Source of the DNA: Dimorphilus gyrociliatus
Taxonomy: Eukaryota > Animalia > Annelida
NCBI GenBank assembly: GCA_904063045.1
Contig: CAJFCJ010000028.1
Coordinates: 248,001 to 312,000 of the forward strand
Reading direction: 5' to 3'
Length of the DNA: 64,000 nucleotides
This document shows positions 1 through 16,344 of the stretch, piece after piece (positions within the stretch are counted from its first letter, which is position 1; each line of letters begins with the position of its first letter). The notes beneath the pieces were generated by a model. That model was given only the letters and a program-made list of their open reading frames with translations. It did not search any database and was not told the DNA's origin. Position numbers and translations under genes: made by a program.

Positions 1-3944
<3,944 letters not shown>

Positions 3945-4404
3945 TTCAGAAACGTTTATTCATCTCTTTGTGTAATTCTTATAATGTTTTCTAACGTGAC
4001 TAACACCTGTAAAGGTAAGTTGAAAAACTTAATTTCGGAAAAGTAATTTACTTGACAATGAATAAAACCGCATTTATAAAATAGGAAAGTTTTTCTAAAA
4101 AATATACATGCATATAACTAATCAGGATAAGTTTGAATTAGGAAATATATAGCAGTTTTTCGAAGATCTTCAATTTACCTCCCACATCTCGTAAGAACTC
4201 GCTATGAGTGTTTTGCTGTAGAAGCGTATTTTTTTTTAAATTTTTAATAAAACTCATATTTTTTAAACAATTGAAAGTAGTTTTAATTAAAAAAAATAAA
4301 AATTACTTTTTAATCTTGAAGAATAAAATTACGACTCGATAATTTTCCTTACCAGTTTTTAAAGAATACTACACACCGAAAGTTACCGGAAATCGCCATC
4401 TTAA

Positions 4405-4418
4405 CTTCCTTTTTTTCC
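4405..4418 (+). promoter_or_regulatory. Polypyrimidine TCT/5'TOP-like start site of RPS13, with an adjacent YY1-like CGCCATCTT
   Basis: CTTCCTTTTTTTCC lies 16 nt upstream of the RPS13 ATG. Such tracts are the established initiator of ribosomal protein genes. Confidence 0.65.
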
Positions 4419-4433
4419 GAAACATCCGCCATC

Positions 4434-5224
4434 ATGGGTCGCATGCACTCTTTCGGGTAAATTTTGACTTTTTAAAGGGTTCTAAGACTAAAATTGGATT
4501 AAAAATTATACTAGTTTATATTTAAATATGGGTTTCTTTGATTGGAGCCTTTTGTTAACGAAAATCTCCATTATATCAATAGTTGTCATTAATCACGTGT
4601 AACTGCCTATTTTCAGTAAGGGTATCTCCCAATCTGCTTTGCCGTATCGAAGAAGCGTTCCGACAGTAAGTAACTTAATAACATTTTTAATGGTATTTCA
4701 TACAGTTTTTAAAAAATTCTATCGTTTTTTAGTGGCTCAAAATGAGCAGCGAAGACGTAACGGAGCAAATCTTAAAGTTCGCCAAGAAAGGTCTTACTCC
4801 TTCTCAAATCGGTACGACTGCTAAGATAATTATTTACAAAGTATTCACCAATTAATTGATTTTAGGTGTCATCTTGCGTGACTCTCACGGAGTTGCCCAA
4901 GTTAGATTTGTAACTGGCAACAAGATTTTGAGAATCTTGAAATCTAAAGGATTGGCCCCATCCATCCCTGAAGATTTGTACTATTTAATCAAGAAGGGTG
5001 TTGCCATCAGGAAGCACTTGGAAAAGAACAGAAAGGTAAAGGAAGAGTATATAAAATACATAAAATGTTCAATTTTCGATACATTTCAGGACAGAGACGC
5101 CAAGTTCCGTTTGATCTTGGTTGAAAGTAGAATTCATCGTTTGGCCAGATACTACAAGACTAAGAAGGTCTTGCCACCAACCTGGAAATACGAATCTTCC
5201 ACAGCTTCAGCTTTGGTGGCCTAA
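4434..5224 (+). CDS. RPS13: 40S ribosomal protein S13 (uS15), multi-exon
   Basis: Spliced translation is MGRMHSFG|[16 protein letters not shown]|WLKMSSEDV...GLTPSQIG|[31 protein letters not shown]...KHLEKNRK|[23 protein letters not shown]...[13 protein letters not shown]. All introns are GT-AG. Confidence 0.98.
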
Positions 5225-5760
5225 ATTGTTTATGTCTAATGTAAGAGAGTTGAATAAAAACACTTTGAATGAACCTCCCGATTTGTTGTTATGTTTTAGT
5301 TATATACCACATATATCATTAAAAACGGCAAAGAGCAATATGCTCACTTTGAATCTATCCTTTAGAAGAACTGAAAAACGTCTTGAAAAAAGTTTTGACA
5401 TGTTAAAAATGCATTTAATGAAAGTAAAAGCATTTTCATACTAGATGTAAACACGTGTATTCCTTGTTAGAAGAAACCTTTTAAGACTACTGGGATATTC
5501 CCCAAAACAGTTAGGAAATTAGCGAGACATGTTTACCGCACAGTATGGACACTGCTAAAGTTACCGGTTTACACTACGAACAATATAGGCTGTCCACTGT
5601 TTTCCACAAGCCTCTTGTTTCCTTTTTCTGATACTCTCTTTCAATAAGAATCTTGAAGCTAAAAAACTTCTCTTTTGAATATTTACTTTATCACGATCTT
5701 AGAGTTCAGAGATCGGCTTGATTGGACTCATAATTCTATTTATGCCTTTTATCGCTCAAT

Positions 5761-7483
5761 ATGCCCATAATAATTGTCATAAACGATTTTCCCGAAGTGG
5801 AAGATGAATCCGAATACGAACAATTATGTGCTGGAGTACGCTTGGGAATAGAACAAATACTAACATTTGCAACAAAGAAATCCAACAAATTGGAGTATAT
5901 TGCAGTGGTTTGTATTTATCATGTAGTATCCTATATGACACATTACTTATTAGCTGTTAAAAAGATCACAGGAAAAGATTCTAACGCACATGTTTTGTCG
6001 CACCTAACTCGAGATTATGGTTCTATTAGAGAAAATTTGGATAGGCTTACCTTACCGGAAAAAATAGATTGGAGAGAAATTATATCATGTATAAATGAAT
6101 TAATTTTTGAGGAATGGATGATGGATGGAAAAACTTTTGTTTTCTGTTTAGTTGGAGAACGTCCAACCAAATGTAGGACTTTAATTTGTCTATTTATCCT
6201 TTTATTAAAGAATATTAACATAATTATTCCATATATCAGTAAGTAAATCTAGGAAACGTCCCGCTACCCCAGAGGCAGATTTCTACTTTAAATTTGAGTT
6301 TGAGTCTCATATCCAAATAATGATTATGGCTGAGGATGGTAATATGACAAAACGCTATTATGAGAAAGTCTTAGCGGGAAATAACCAGAAAGGATCAATT
6401 GAGTGTGTCAATTGGCAAAATAACGATACTATTTCTAAGAAATTTACCAGTTCTATAAGTCTTTTATCACCACCGCATATTGTTACTTTGCTTTGTGGGA
6501 AAATTTCTTGTCAAGTTCAATTATATCCCCCTGTTAAACCTTTCTTTGGGTAATTTATTAAATCAAGATATCGATCGTTAATTAATTCTTCTTGCTTTAC
6601 AGTATTGTCAAACATGAGCAAGTAAACAAAAGAATCGGATCTAAATTAAAGATATATGGATTTATCAGCTTGAACGATTTAGCTAGTCCACCTTTCTTTT
6701 CAAAACATTTTTTAATTCCGACTGGAAGTAGAACCGAAGATGCACCAAAAAAAGAAGATGACCGTGGAAACGTGCCAAATGTTACTGTCTTGTTGCACGG
6801 TTCATTAAAAGTTAGGCAAATGGCCGCGGTTGTTCAACTAGCGTAAGGTTTTCGTCGATATGCTTGTTAAGTAATTTTAACTTGTTTTTTTCTCTATTAG
6901 ACCAAATTGGTTTGGATTGATTTGCTCGTGTTCAGATTCAAAGAAAAAATCTAACTTAATATTATATGTATTGGAAGCAGGAAGTGAACCAGTTACTTGG
7001 CTAGGAGATTTTACTTCAATGATGATATCTAATGAATTGTCTGATAATAATCCATTTTTAAGCGAAAAGAAATCGCCTTTTCCAATAAAGACTGATGAGC
7101 GTCCAAGTTACAATCAGCCAACTATTTCTTGGATAAAATCTTCGGGAGTTCAAGTAAATATCAATTTGTTTGCTCCACGTCCGTGTTCTTTTTAAATCTA
7201 ACATCAATTTCGTTTTTAGGCAGATATTCAAAAAGTTGTCAGATTTGCTAAAAAACTACCAGAGAAGGAAAATTTGTTCTATAAAGAAGTCAATAGGGTC
7301 AAGAAGGCAGCATTGAGCTATGGTTTTACATCTTTGATTCTTGGACTATCGGATATACTCGAAAGAGAAATGACATCCAACGATAGTTTATCAAGCAGTG
7401 CAAAAGACCATTTAAGCCGTACGGTTGCAGCCTTAAGATCACCAGCTGCTTGTAATGTCGATTTTATTATAAGTTCTAAATAA
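5761..7483 (+). CDS. INTS14: Integrator complex subunit 14 (VWA9), multi-exon
   Basis: Matches remembered human INTS14 motifs: IYGFISLNDLASPPFFSKHFLIP, PNVTVLLHGSLKVRQMAAVVQL, DSKKKSNL, KSPFP, WIKSSGVQ, DIQKVVRFAKKLPEKENLFYKEVNRVKKAALSYGF. Confidence 0.9.
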
Positions 7484-7988
7484 AAGATTTAATAATTAAT
7501 TGTTTTATAACTACTTTTTTGTATTGCTGCTTTAAAAATGTGAAAGAAAAGAATATTTTCTACCAAAATACAACGTGGATAAACGCTTTAATAAAACAAA
7601 GATAGACGAAAAAAAAGACACGAAAACATTCAAAGACCATGCGTGATTCAGTTTTGCCTGCGTCACACTATCCACAAAATTATTACCACATTTATTCTTG
7701 CATTGTTAGGCATCGCTTCAGTACATGTAAATCCATAATAAAATAAAGCTTCACAAAAGACAATGCGTTTTTAGTGCAAACGTGAACAAGGATGCGATTT
7801 CCACTATTTCTGGAGGGGTAATATTATGAGGAGAGTTTTTTTTAAGTCTATTTGTTAATTACTCTTTTTCATTTAAATAAAAAAATGGTATTACAAAACT
7901 ATGTGACGCAGGCAAAAAAATATTGGCCTGAGATATCTATTGTTTTAGGAGTTGTTGGTAGAGGAAACGATTAAAAAAGTAGTAATCC

Positions 7989-9490
7989 TTATTGATGAGG
8001 AACGTAACGTATTTCTGTAAATGCGAAACCGTTTAATTCAGGTTGGAATTCAATAAAATCGTCGAACACGTTAACACCATCCATATTGTAATCTGGTATC
8101 TATTTAAAAAAAGAAAAAGAAAGAAAAATGATTAAAAGTTAAATAAAATTCACTAAAAGAATCTAATTTTAACGTTTAAAAATTACCGAAAAGAAAATCA
8201 TGCAAAAATTATAAAAATTTAGAGGTCGGAAGAGCCATTCGTGAGTCCCGTTTTCTCAAGGCCATTACTGGAAGTATTACTCTTGATTTGTGTACCCTAG
8301 AATAATTTTTTTCATGCAAAAGTTTAAAAAATAAAACACCAATGTTTACTACACTTTTACTCACAATCAACTGCAACAAATAATCCGTGATGTAGTTGAC
8401 GTTGTCTTGTACTTTAACCAGACCAAGACGGGCGTTTTCTAGGGCTTTTTGAGGAACATCTTCCAGTTTGAATGTTTTCAGAATTGTAGAGCAGTGATTA
8501 ACAGCAGCTTGAGAGGAACGGTGGGCATGATTACAGACATGAGAGAGGGACCAATAAAAATCATCTGTTAATTTTCTGGTTTCTGATAGGCGTCCGGAAA
8601 CTGCTGGGGGTAAAACTTTGACAGTTGAGAAGGAACTTATCGTACGTTTCAACTGTATGGTTAAATGACGGGCAGTGGCGATAATTCTCTTTTCAATAGT
8701 TTCTGCGTTCGAAATGGGTTTGTTGTTCAGCTCCTCTCTATGGTCATTTTCAACTTCTTCTTCGTTCTTTTGGATTTCATTCCACACATAGCGAACTTTT
8801 CCATCAACAGCTTTCGCATACTCTATTAAATTAACGGTATGCTTGAGACGGTCAATAGCCTCAGCAGAACGTCTTTTCACATTTCTAACTTGGTTCATAG
8901 CTTGAATAAACATTCTTCTACGAACTTTTGTAGAAATAGCGACCACTTTTTCAGTTGGTCCCGAGTCTTTCTCATCTTCCTCTTTGTTTTCTTCAAATTC
9001 CTTCTTTTCATCGCCTACAGCAGGCATGTAATAGTCAACAGTGCGATCAGCATAATCTAAAATTGGGTCGACTTTGGGTAGAAACGATCCCAATTTATTT
9101 GCTCCATATTGTTTTACAGCTCCGTAAGTTTCAGAAATAAACTGTAAAGTTCAATCGATTTAATTAAAGAAAAAAAAGATCAATCGTTAAATACAATACC
9201 TCTTCAGCAGGAGCTTTTATAATTGGATACTTCTCCTCAATTACATCCAATTTCGAACAAGCGTATTCGTCCAATCTTCCAATAGGCTTTTCCAACTTTG
9301 TTACTACTGGGGCAGCAGTCTTAGCAACTACGTGCATGCCAGTTTCAGCCTTCTCCAAAGTAAACTTGACAAGAGCGGAGGACTCTTTAGAACGTTGGTA
9401 GAAGGTCGACAAGGAACCAAAGGCTGATGCAACGACCGGAAGCGTTCCAACTCGCTGGACAATGATGAAGGATTGACCTTCAGACTTCAT
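7989..9490 (-). CDS. PLIN: Perilipin (PAT family lipid-droplet protein) with two candidate terminal exons (stop at 8219 or 7989)
   Basis: N-terminal PAT domain: IVQRVGTLPVVASAFGSLSTFYQRSKES...KLEKPIGRLDEYACSKLDVIEEKYPIIKAP, then LDYADRTVDYYMP. The GTGAGT donor at 8364 can join acceptors at 8297 or 8100. Confidence 0.88.
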
Positions 9491-10130
9491 ATTTATCTAA
9501 GTTGGGGAAGAAAAGAGAAGAGTAATTTTGATGAATTGTATAAGTTTATCGTTAAAAAGCAGATCTTCACGAATAATCGAACAACAAACCCAAAAAGAAT
9601 TATTTGTGTATTAAAAAAGCGTCACACAAAATAATGTTAATTAATAGTAAAAACTATCAATTTATTTCTACTCACCTATCTTTACTTTAAAACAAAGTAA
9701 AAAGAATGAGAGTTGGTAGCTTGTTTTTAATATTTATTACGAAAAGGTATCACTCAGTAAGCACGTGATTTAAAGGTTACTTATTTGGTGCCAATGTCAT
9801 GGTACATCCAATGAGCGATTTTTAATGGGAAGCCTAAACCAGACTCTTATGATGGAGTCAGAGTACACGCAATGCAGACGATGTTTACTCATATTGTACT
9901 AGATCAGGGTAAAGTTCGAAAGTTCAAAGATTGATTCTTATCATTTTGATTTCTGTTACACAATTAATCAATGATAAGTAGGAGAAAAACGATTGCTTCG
10001 TCGAAATATAGACTCAAAAACTTCAAAGTACTTTATTGATTATCAAGGTCATAAACTATAACTGACGAAAAGCTCTTCTAAACCGTTTTCTCAGCTACTA
10101 AATAAACTCTTGCGCAATTTAAAAGGAAAA

Positions 10131-10547
10131 ATGTCCAATGATGACTGTATATTTTGTAAAATATCTTCCGGAAGAGACGAAAAGACACAGCTTGTCTATG
10201 AAGATGAACAATTCGTTTCTTTTAAAGATCACAAACCGGGTTCAGATACACATTATCTAGTTGTTCCAAAAGAGCATTTGGATAGCTGTAAAGTGTTAAC
10301 TGGAGAGCACGTTGACTTAATCAAAAGAATGAAGGAAATTGGGAAGGAGCTTGTAAAGGATGTGGACCAAAATCAAGTTCGATTTGGTTTTCATTGGCCA
10401 CCGATAATTTTGATTAAACATCTTCACCTTCACGTGATTGCTCCTGTTACAGGAATGTCATTTATGTCAAGGTTAATATTTAGAGAGAACTCTTGGTGGT
10501 TTGTGTCACCAGAATATATGATAGAAAGGCTTACAAAGCTGAAATAG
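10131..10547 (+). CDS. HINT3: Histidine triad nucleotide-binding protein 3-like, intronless
   Basis: CIFCKI, FKDHKPGSDTHYLVVPKEH, RFGFHWPP and the HIT motif HLHLHVI. The likely start is ATG 10131 (the ORF track starts at a TTG). Confidence 0.9.
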   Translation: MSNDDCIFCKISSGRDEKTQLVYEDEQFVSFKDHKPGSDTHYLVVPKEHLDSCKVLTGEHVDLIKRMKEIGKELVKDVDQNQVRFGFHWPPIILIKHLHLHVIAPVTGMSFMSRLIFRENSWWFVSPEYMIERLTKLK

Positions 10548-11405
10548 CAGTAAAACAAAATATACAAAACATATTATTGATTTTTGTAATGTTTGTAATT
10601 GTTAATGTCGTTATTTCAATCGATTGATTGAAATTTCGTTTTTTTTGTTATGTTACCTTTTTTTCTATAACACTTGTTAATCCTAAATTAATATCAGCTG
10701 AGTTTATTTACACAAATAATCAAAGCAATAGTTGAAAAGCCTTTTTTTTATACCCGTTTCCTTTAACAACTTAAGCTGTTTGCAACTAGGAAATGAAATT
10801 ATACTAATGGAAGAGAACATTTCCATAGCAACAGACACTTTTGTTCTAAAAAAAATTTTAGTTTTATTCATATTAAGTTAATTTATGAACAAGTTTTAAA
10901 AAAGAATGAAACGAGGATAGAATAAAAAAGAAAAGAGTGTTTTTTAGAATAAGTTCAACAGATATACGATATAAACGAGAAGAGAAGTAATATCAAGTGA
11001 AAGCTTATATCAAATTGATTTTCCTCTTTCACTCATAAAAGATAAAAATGGTAAATAGCTTAAATTTTCTTAATACAACATTTATATACAATATATATAC
11101 TGTATATATATATATTTATATATAAGAAATGGTTATTTTTGACGTAACGACACATTGCAATGAATATGCAGATTACTTTAATATCACAGGGAAAGACAAA
11201 AGTCAAACCTTTTACTCTGCTTCAATCATTCTTAGATATTGAATATTAATGATTTAGTTATTTTCGAAGAGGTAATCGGTATGTCTAAAGTATGGATGAT
11301 TTCAGCAAAAGTAATAATACATAAGTATGTAGCACGTAATTTCAAAATGAAAAAATTTAATGGACTAATTTCGCCTTGTTATTGTTATTATCGTTTTTTT
11401 ACATT

Positions 11406-12161
11406 TTAGCTAGCAATGTTGAAAATCTTCGAAACATCTACTTCTTTTGATGCTACATTGCAAAATTCATCTTTACTTATTAAACCATCTTTATCTTTGT
11501 CTAATTTTTGAAAAATTGAATCGGCTTGAACACACGCTTTTTCTTCAGCTGCTTCTTTCCCTTTCATTCGAAAAACTGCCTTAAGTACCTTAATTACCTC
11601 ATCTCTTGTCAGTGCACCCGTTCCGTCTATGTCATACATATCGAATACCCAATATAGTCGTTCCTCAGTGCTTCCGCGACACGTCACACTCAAGGTAGTC
11701 ATAAATTCCTTGAAATCTATGCGTCCGTTTCTGTCTTGATCATATGCATCAAAGACGTAGTCCGCTAATTCGTTGCTGTCCTGAATAGCGATTAATATAG
11801 ATATTAATTAATCGAATTATCCTCTTTTTTACTGTACTTAATTAAATAGAATATATGAAAAGAATAGATCAAGTAACTCTAGTATAGGCATTTAGAAAAT
11901 TAGGATGCAGAACAGATGACCTATTTTTACCTTTAACACTAATGAAATTATAAAATACCTTCCTACCTTTGCCGTAAGTTCTGAATACATTTTGCGAAAT
12001 TCGTGCCTCCTTATATGTCCGGATGGGAAATCTTTTTTAAATTTCTCATGCCACTCTCTAATTTCTTTCGATTTAAAATGAGTGTTTTCTTTCAGATCGT
12101 GAACAAAGCTCTCTTCTAGGCCTAACTCGTCAGAATCTTCTCTTGAAGTACTTGATCCCAT
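11406..12161 (-). CDS. Neuronal calcium sensor family EF-hand protein (neurocalcin/recoverin-like), 2 exons
   Basis: MGSSTS myristoylation-type start; THFKSKEIREWHEKFKKDFPSG; EF loops DQDRNGRIDFKEF, DIDGTGALTRDE and DKDKDGLISKDEF. One intron of about 190 nt. Confidence 0.9.
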
Positions 12162-12684
12162 AGTTTCTTGTTAATGAAGCCTCGTCGGGAGCTCAATATT
12201 TTAATCAAATGTTACGTTGATCAATAAGCGTCTCCTAGGTGTTGAATCAATGATTTTCGAAACGAATCGCTAGAATATGCGAGTTTTTCCTGCTTGGCAT
12301 TCACTCTGTAGGAATCCCTCGTAAGTCGTAGGCCTGAAGATGTGTATTGATCAAATGAAACTGAAATCCCCAAAAACTTAACTAGATGGCGCCTTTTGCA
12401 ATTCTTTAATAAAATGGTGAACAAGTGCCAGTAATATAAGACTCTTTGTACTATTATTATTCCTATATGAATAAACTATAAAATAGCAGAAATAAAAATT
12501 TAATTATATAAGGGAAATGAGTTAAAACTTTTTATATAATACTAATAAATCAGAACAATTTTTTATTTTCTGAGTATGGAATAGGTTTAAACAAATTTAC
12601 ATAACTATTCTTATTCAAAAGATTATAATATTAAATATATTTATATCCATATATATATATATATATATATATTATTTGTTTATA

Positions 12685-13596
12685 ATGACTAGAAAGGAAA
12701 TTGTCTCTTTGTCAATCATATTAATATTAAAAAATTACCAATTTTGTAAATCGTCCAAATGCAGTAAAACTTGTGGTCATGGATATCGCATTGAATATGT
12801 TAATAATTATAAGTTATATAGGCATTGCTATAATGAAAGGTTAAGCTTAAAAACTTTTCTATTAAACTTCTACAATTACTCTAATGGTGTGTTTTACAGA
12901 TGTAAAAATATTGAGGCACTATCCATTGGAAAATGGACAGTTTGGTCCTCATGGAGTGACTGCTCATCATCATGTGGATACGGTAAACAATCTAGGCAGA
13001 GAGAATGCTTGTCAGTCAATAGTCTGGACAAATTGGAAACTTGTCGTGGACTATCAAAAATGAATAGGCTATGTTTTAATCCTACATGTTCAATCCATGG
13101 TATTTAAAAAGTGATTATTTCTCCTGTTCTAAAGAGATGAATTTAAAACTTGAATTATCATTTAGGTTCATTTTCTCAGTGGTCTAAATGGTCAAAATGT
13201 AATTTAGAGATATGCAAAATAGTAAGAGAGAGAAAGTGTAACAATCCCGAACCAGCTTTTGGAGGTAATTCGTGTTTGGGACAATATAGAGAAATTAAAA
13301 ATTGCACAGAAAAGTGCATTATTTCTAAGGACATTGTATTATTAAACGATGTTGAAATGTCTGATAAATTTTTCATACTTGATCCCTATCTTTTCCTGAT
13401 CCAACTAATAATTGTTAATATAACGGCTTTTGGAGTTTATTTAACTTTATGCGAGTTTAATAGAAACCGCTATCCTCCTTGGAACTTGTCAGATAGAATC
13501 AAAAAATTAACTAACGAAGATAGTAACTTTGCTAAAACTGATACTCAATTTATTAAAGATTTATTTAACGAATTGCAATCAAAGGAGCTTTCATAA
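12685..13596 (+). CDS. Thrombospondin type-1 repeat protein with a C-terminal hydrophobic (TM-like) segment, 3 exons
   Basis: Repeats CSKTCGHG, WTVWSSWSDCSSSCGYGKQSRQREC and FSQWSKWSKC...RERKCNNPEPAFGGNSC. Hydrophobic LFLIQLIIVNITAFGVYLTL. Introns at about 12841-12900 and 13101-13166. Confidence 0.75.
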
Positions 13597-14084
13597 AAAA
13601 CATAATAGAAACGTAAGAGTAATAAAATATTACTATGTCATTAATAAGTCTTTTTTATTATTATTTCTGTTAACTAATTATTTATCTTATTATCAATTGA
13701 TACTTTTTATATTGATCATGCTTTTAAATACATTTTAAGGGAGGTTTTATAAAAATTTAATCGAAAGTAAAAGAATAATTGTAAAATCAGCGGCTATTGG
13801 TCGAATATTTTCAGAACGGTATCCACGCTTGTCAATAATCCTCATGAATATTTATAACACTATGCAAGTTACTGATATTTTGATTGTTAGTTAACTTGTC
13901 ATAGATTTTCATTTATTGTACTTGGTGAGTGTCGGTTTAATAGATCAGTCTTGTTTAGAACTTTGACCCTTTGAAATAAACATGTGAATCAAGTACATTA
14001 AACCTGATCAACAAACATCAAACGTGTTTTTTTTTAAATCTTTAACTATTATTTGTATTATCGCTCAGGTTTTGAAACGGCACG

Positions 14085-15153
14085 ATGCCGATTGCTATAG
14101 GATTTGAGGGAAGTGCTAATAAGATTGGAGTAGGAATTATTCGAGATGGAGAGGTTATATCTAATCCACGGATGACGTACATTACACCTCCAGGACTCGG
14201 TTTTCAACCAAGAGATACGGCAAAACACCATAGGGAGAACGTTTTAAGTATATTAAAGGAAGCTCTACGTGAAGCAAATATAACTCCAAAAGAAATTGAT
14301 GTTGTTTGTTTCACAAAAGGCCCCGGTATGGCGGCCCCATTAATCTCTGTAGCGGTTGTTGCGAGAACTTTAGCGCAACTCTGGAAGAAACCACTTTTAG
14401 GTGTAAATCATTGCATTGGACATATTGAAATGGGCAGGGTTGTCACCAAAGCTGATAATCCAACTGTTTTGTATGTTAGTGGAGGAAATACGCAAGTTAT
14501 AGCCTACTCCGAGAATCGTTATCGTATTTTCGGTGAAACAATAGATTTAGCTGTTGGAAACTGTCTTGATCGTTTCGCTCGACTGCTAAATCTTTCAAAT
14601 GACCCTAGTCCCGGTTATAATATAGAATTATTAGCAAGAAATGGTAAAAAATTTCTCGAGTTGCCTTATTGCGTTAAAGGAATGGATGTATCATTTAGTG
14701 GTCTTTTATCTTTTATCGAGGAACGAGCTGCCTCATTGTTAAGAAAAAACGAATATACAAGAGAAGATCTATGTTTTTCTCTCCAAGAAACGATTTTTGC
14801 TATGCTTGTTGAAATAACTGAAAGGGCTATGGCTCATTGTGGCTCGAAGCAAGTTCTGGTTGTAGGCGGAGTCGGTTGTAACATAAGGTATTTGATTGTA
14901 TTTAAAAACTTATTGTGCATCGAAAGATAATCCCATCTAATGTTACAGATTACAACAGATGTTACAAATAATGGCAGAGGAAAGAAATGCATCTGTATGT
15001 GCAATGGACGAAAGATACTGCATTGATAACGGTGCAATGATAGCTCAAGCTGGCTTGCAAATGTTTACGCACGGTCAAAGGATGGATTGGAATGAAACGT
15101 TTTGTACTCAAAGATATAGAACGGACGATGTGTACGTTTCTTGGAGAGATTGA
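14085..15153 (+). CDS. OSGEP: tRNA N6-threonylcarbamoyladenosine transferase (KEOPS subunit Kae1/OSGEP), 2 coding exons
   Basis: [54 protein letters not shown]|[32 protein letters not shown]. Confidence 0.97.
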
Positions 15154-16344
15154 AAAATTAGTGTATTCTCTCTACTGTTGCTTTTTTCATACAGTTTTTT
15201 ATATTCAATTTATTATTTGTTAAATAAATCAATTTTTCATTTGTAAAGAAATCAAAAATTCAGGAAAGAAAGAATAAAATTAAAAATAATATAACTTTAT
15301 CCCAGTTTTAAAAGAAAACTTCTTATTGATTAACCTATTTTACATTTTGTAAATAACCATTCTTACATCTGCTGAGATGAGGTTATTTTATGCATACAAT
15401 TTCAATAGCCTAGTTTCAATAAATGTTCATTTGGTGTAATATTCTAAACTATCAATATTAGAGAATCCACGTGTCGTTCGCTTGTAGTTATTTTCGTACG
15501 ATTTTTTAATCATAAATATAATAATCTTATCTGAAAGGAATATTCATTATAGATAAAAAAAAGACATATTTATGCTTTAATTGATAGCGAAAGATAATCT
15601 TCTCCCTTAAACTTCCGCAATTCAACCCTATTCTGCTTTCTTTTCATGTGCTTCAAGCGTTATAGGTTGCAACTGTGGTAAGATATTAAAAAAATAATTG
15701 TTTATTAAATTATATTTATAATTGAAATGCGTGAGCAAAATATAGGCTTATTTCTACTAAATGTTAAAATGCTTTAACTTTATTTAATTCATTCATTAAA
15801 CTAAAGAAGTTTGGTCTTTTGAGAAACAAAAGCAAAAATAATATCTGTAAAGATAGACTACGTAACATATATATACCGCACTTAAGCCGCTTTAGCTGGC
15901 CTAGATACCCTATATAACTCTACTTCAATGTCTTGGTTCATTTTATATTTTGGCGAAACTTGAATGATGCAATTTCCGAAATTTAAATAAGAGGCCATTC
16001 ACTTGCTGTTCGGAGTTTCAATAAAGCATTTTAAAACAATACCTTTATATCTGTATTTAAAACTATCTGGCTTTAAAGGAAAATTCAACTGATAATTAAA
16101 AAGTAAGCTTATGTTTTCTTGATATGACAGCGCAATAACATCCTATACAAAAAATGTCTTTAGATTGCTTTCTAAACGTAAGGAAAGTGATCGATGTGAG
16201 AAGAAATCCATGTGTTTCTATTTCACAATACGATATATCTAAATTTCAATCTATATAGTGAAAGTGACGTGTACAGCACAGCTGTTTATAAAGTTCTGCG
16301 ATTTTGTTTCTATTACTTTTTTCTATTCTTCTTCGCAGGTCGAT

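Noticed and set aside
4457-4616. U14/SNORD14 or another snoRNA in the long first intron of RPS13 (vertebrate RPS13 hosts U14)
   Set aside because: No RTGATGA/CTGA box pair, no U14 domain A, and no H/ACA layout is visible.
7730-7811. Third perilipin terminal exon after a CTCCAG acceptor
   Set aside because: In the required phase it reads K-stop. The longer frame needs a phase-1 donor that I could not find.
9910-9930. Nuclear-receptor/PPRE-like direct repeat AGTTCG-AA-AGTTCA upstream of perilipin
   Set aside because: Short and degenerate; expected by chance and not testable from sequence alone.
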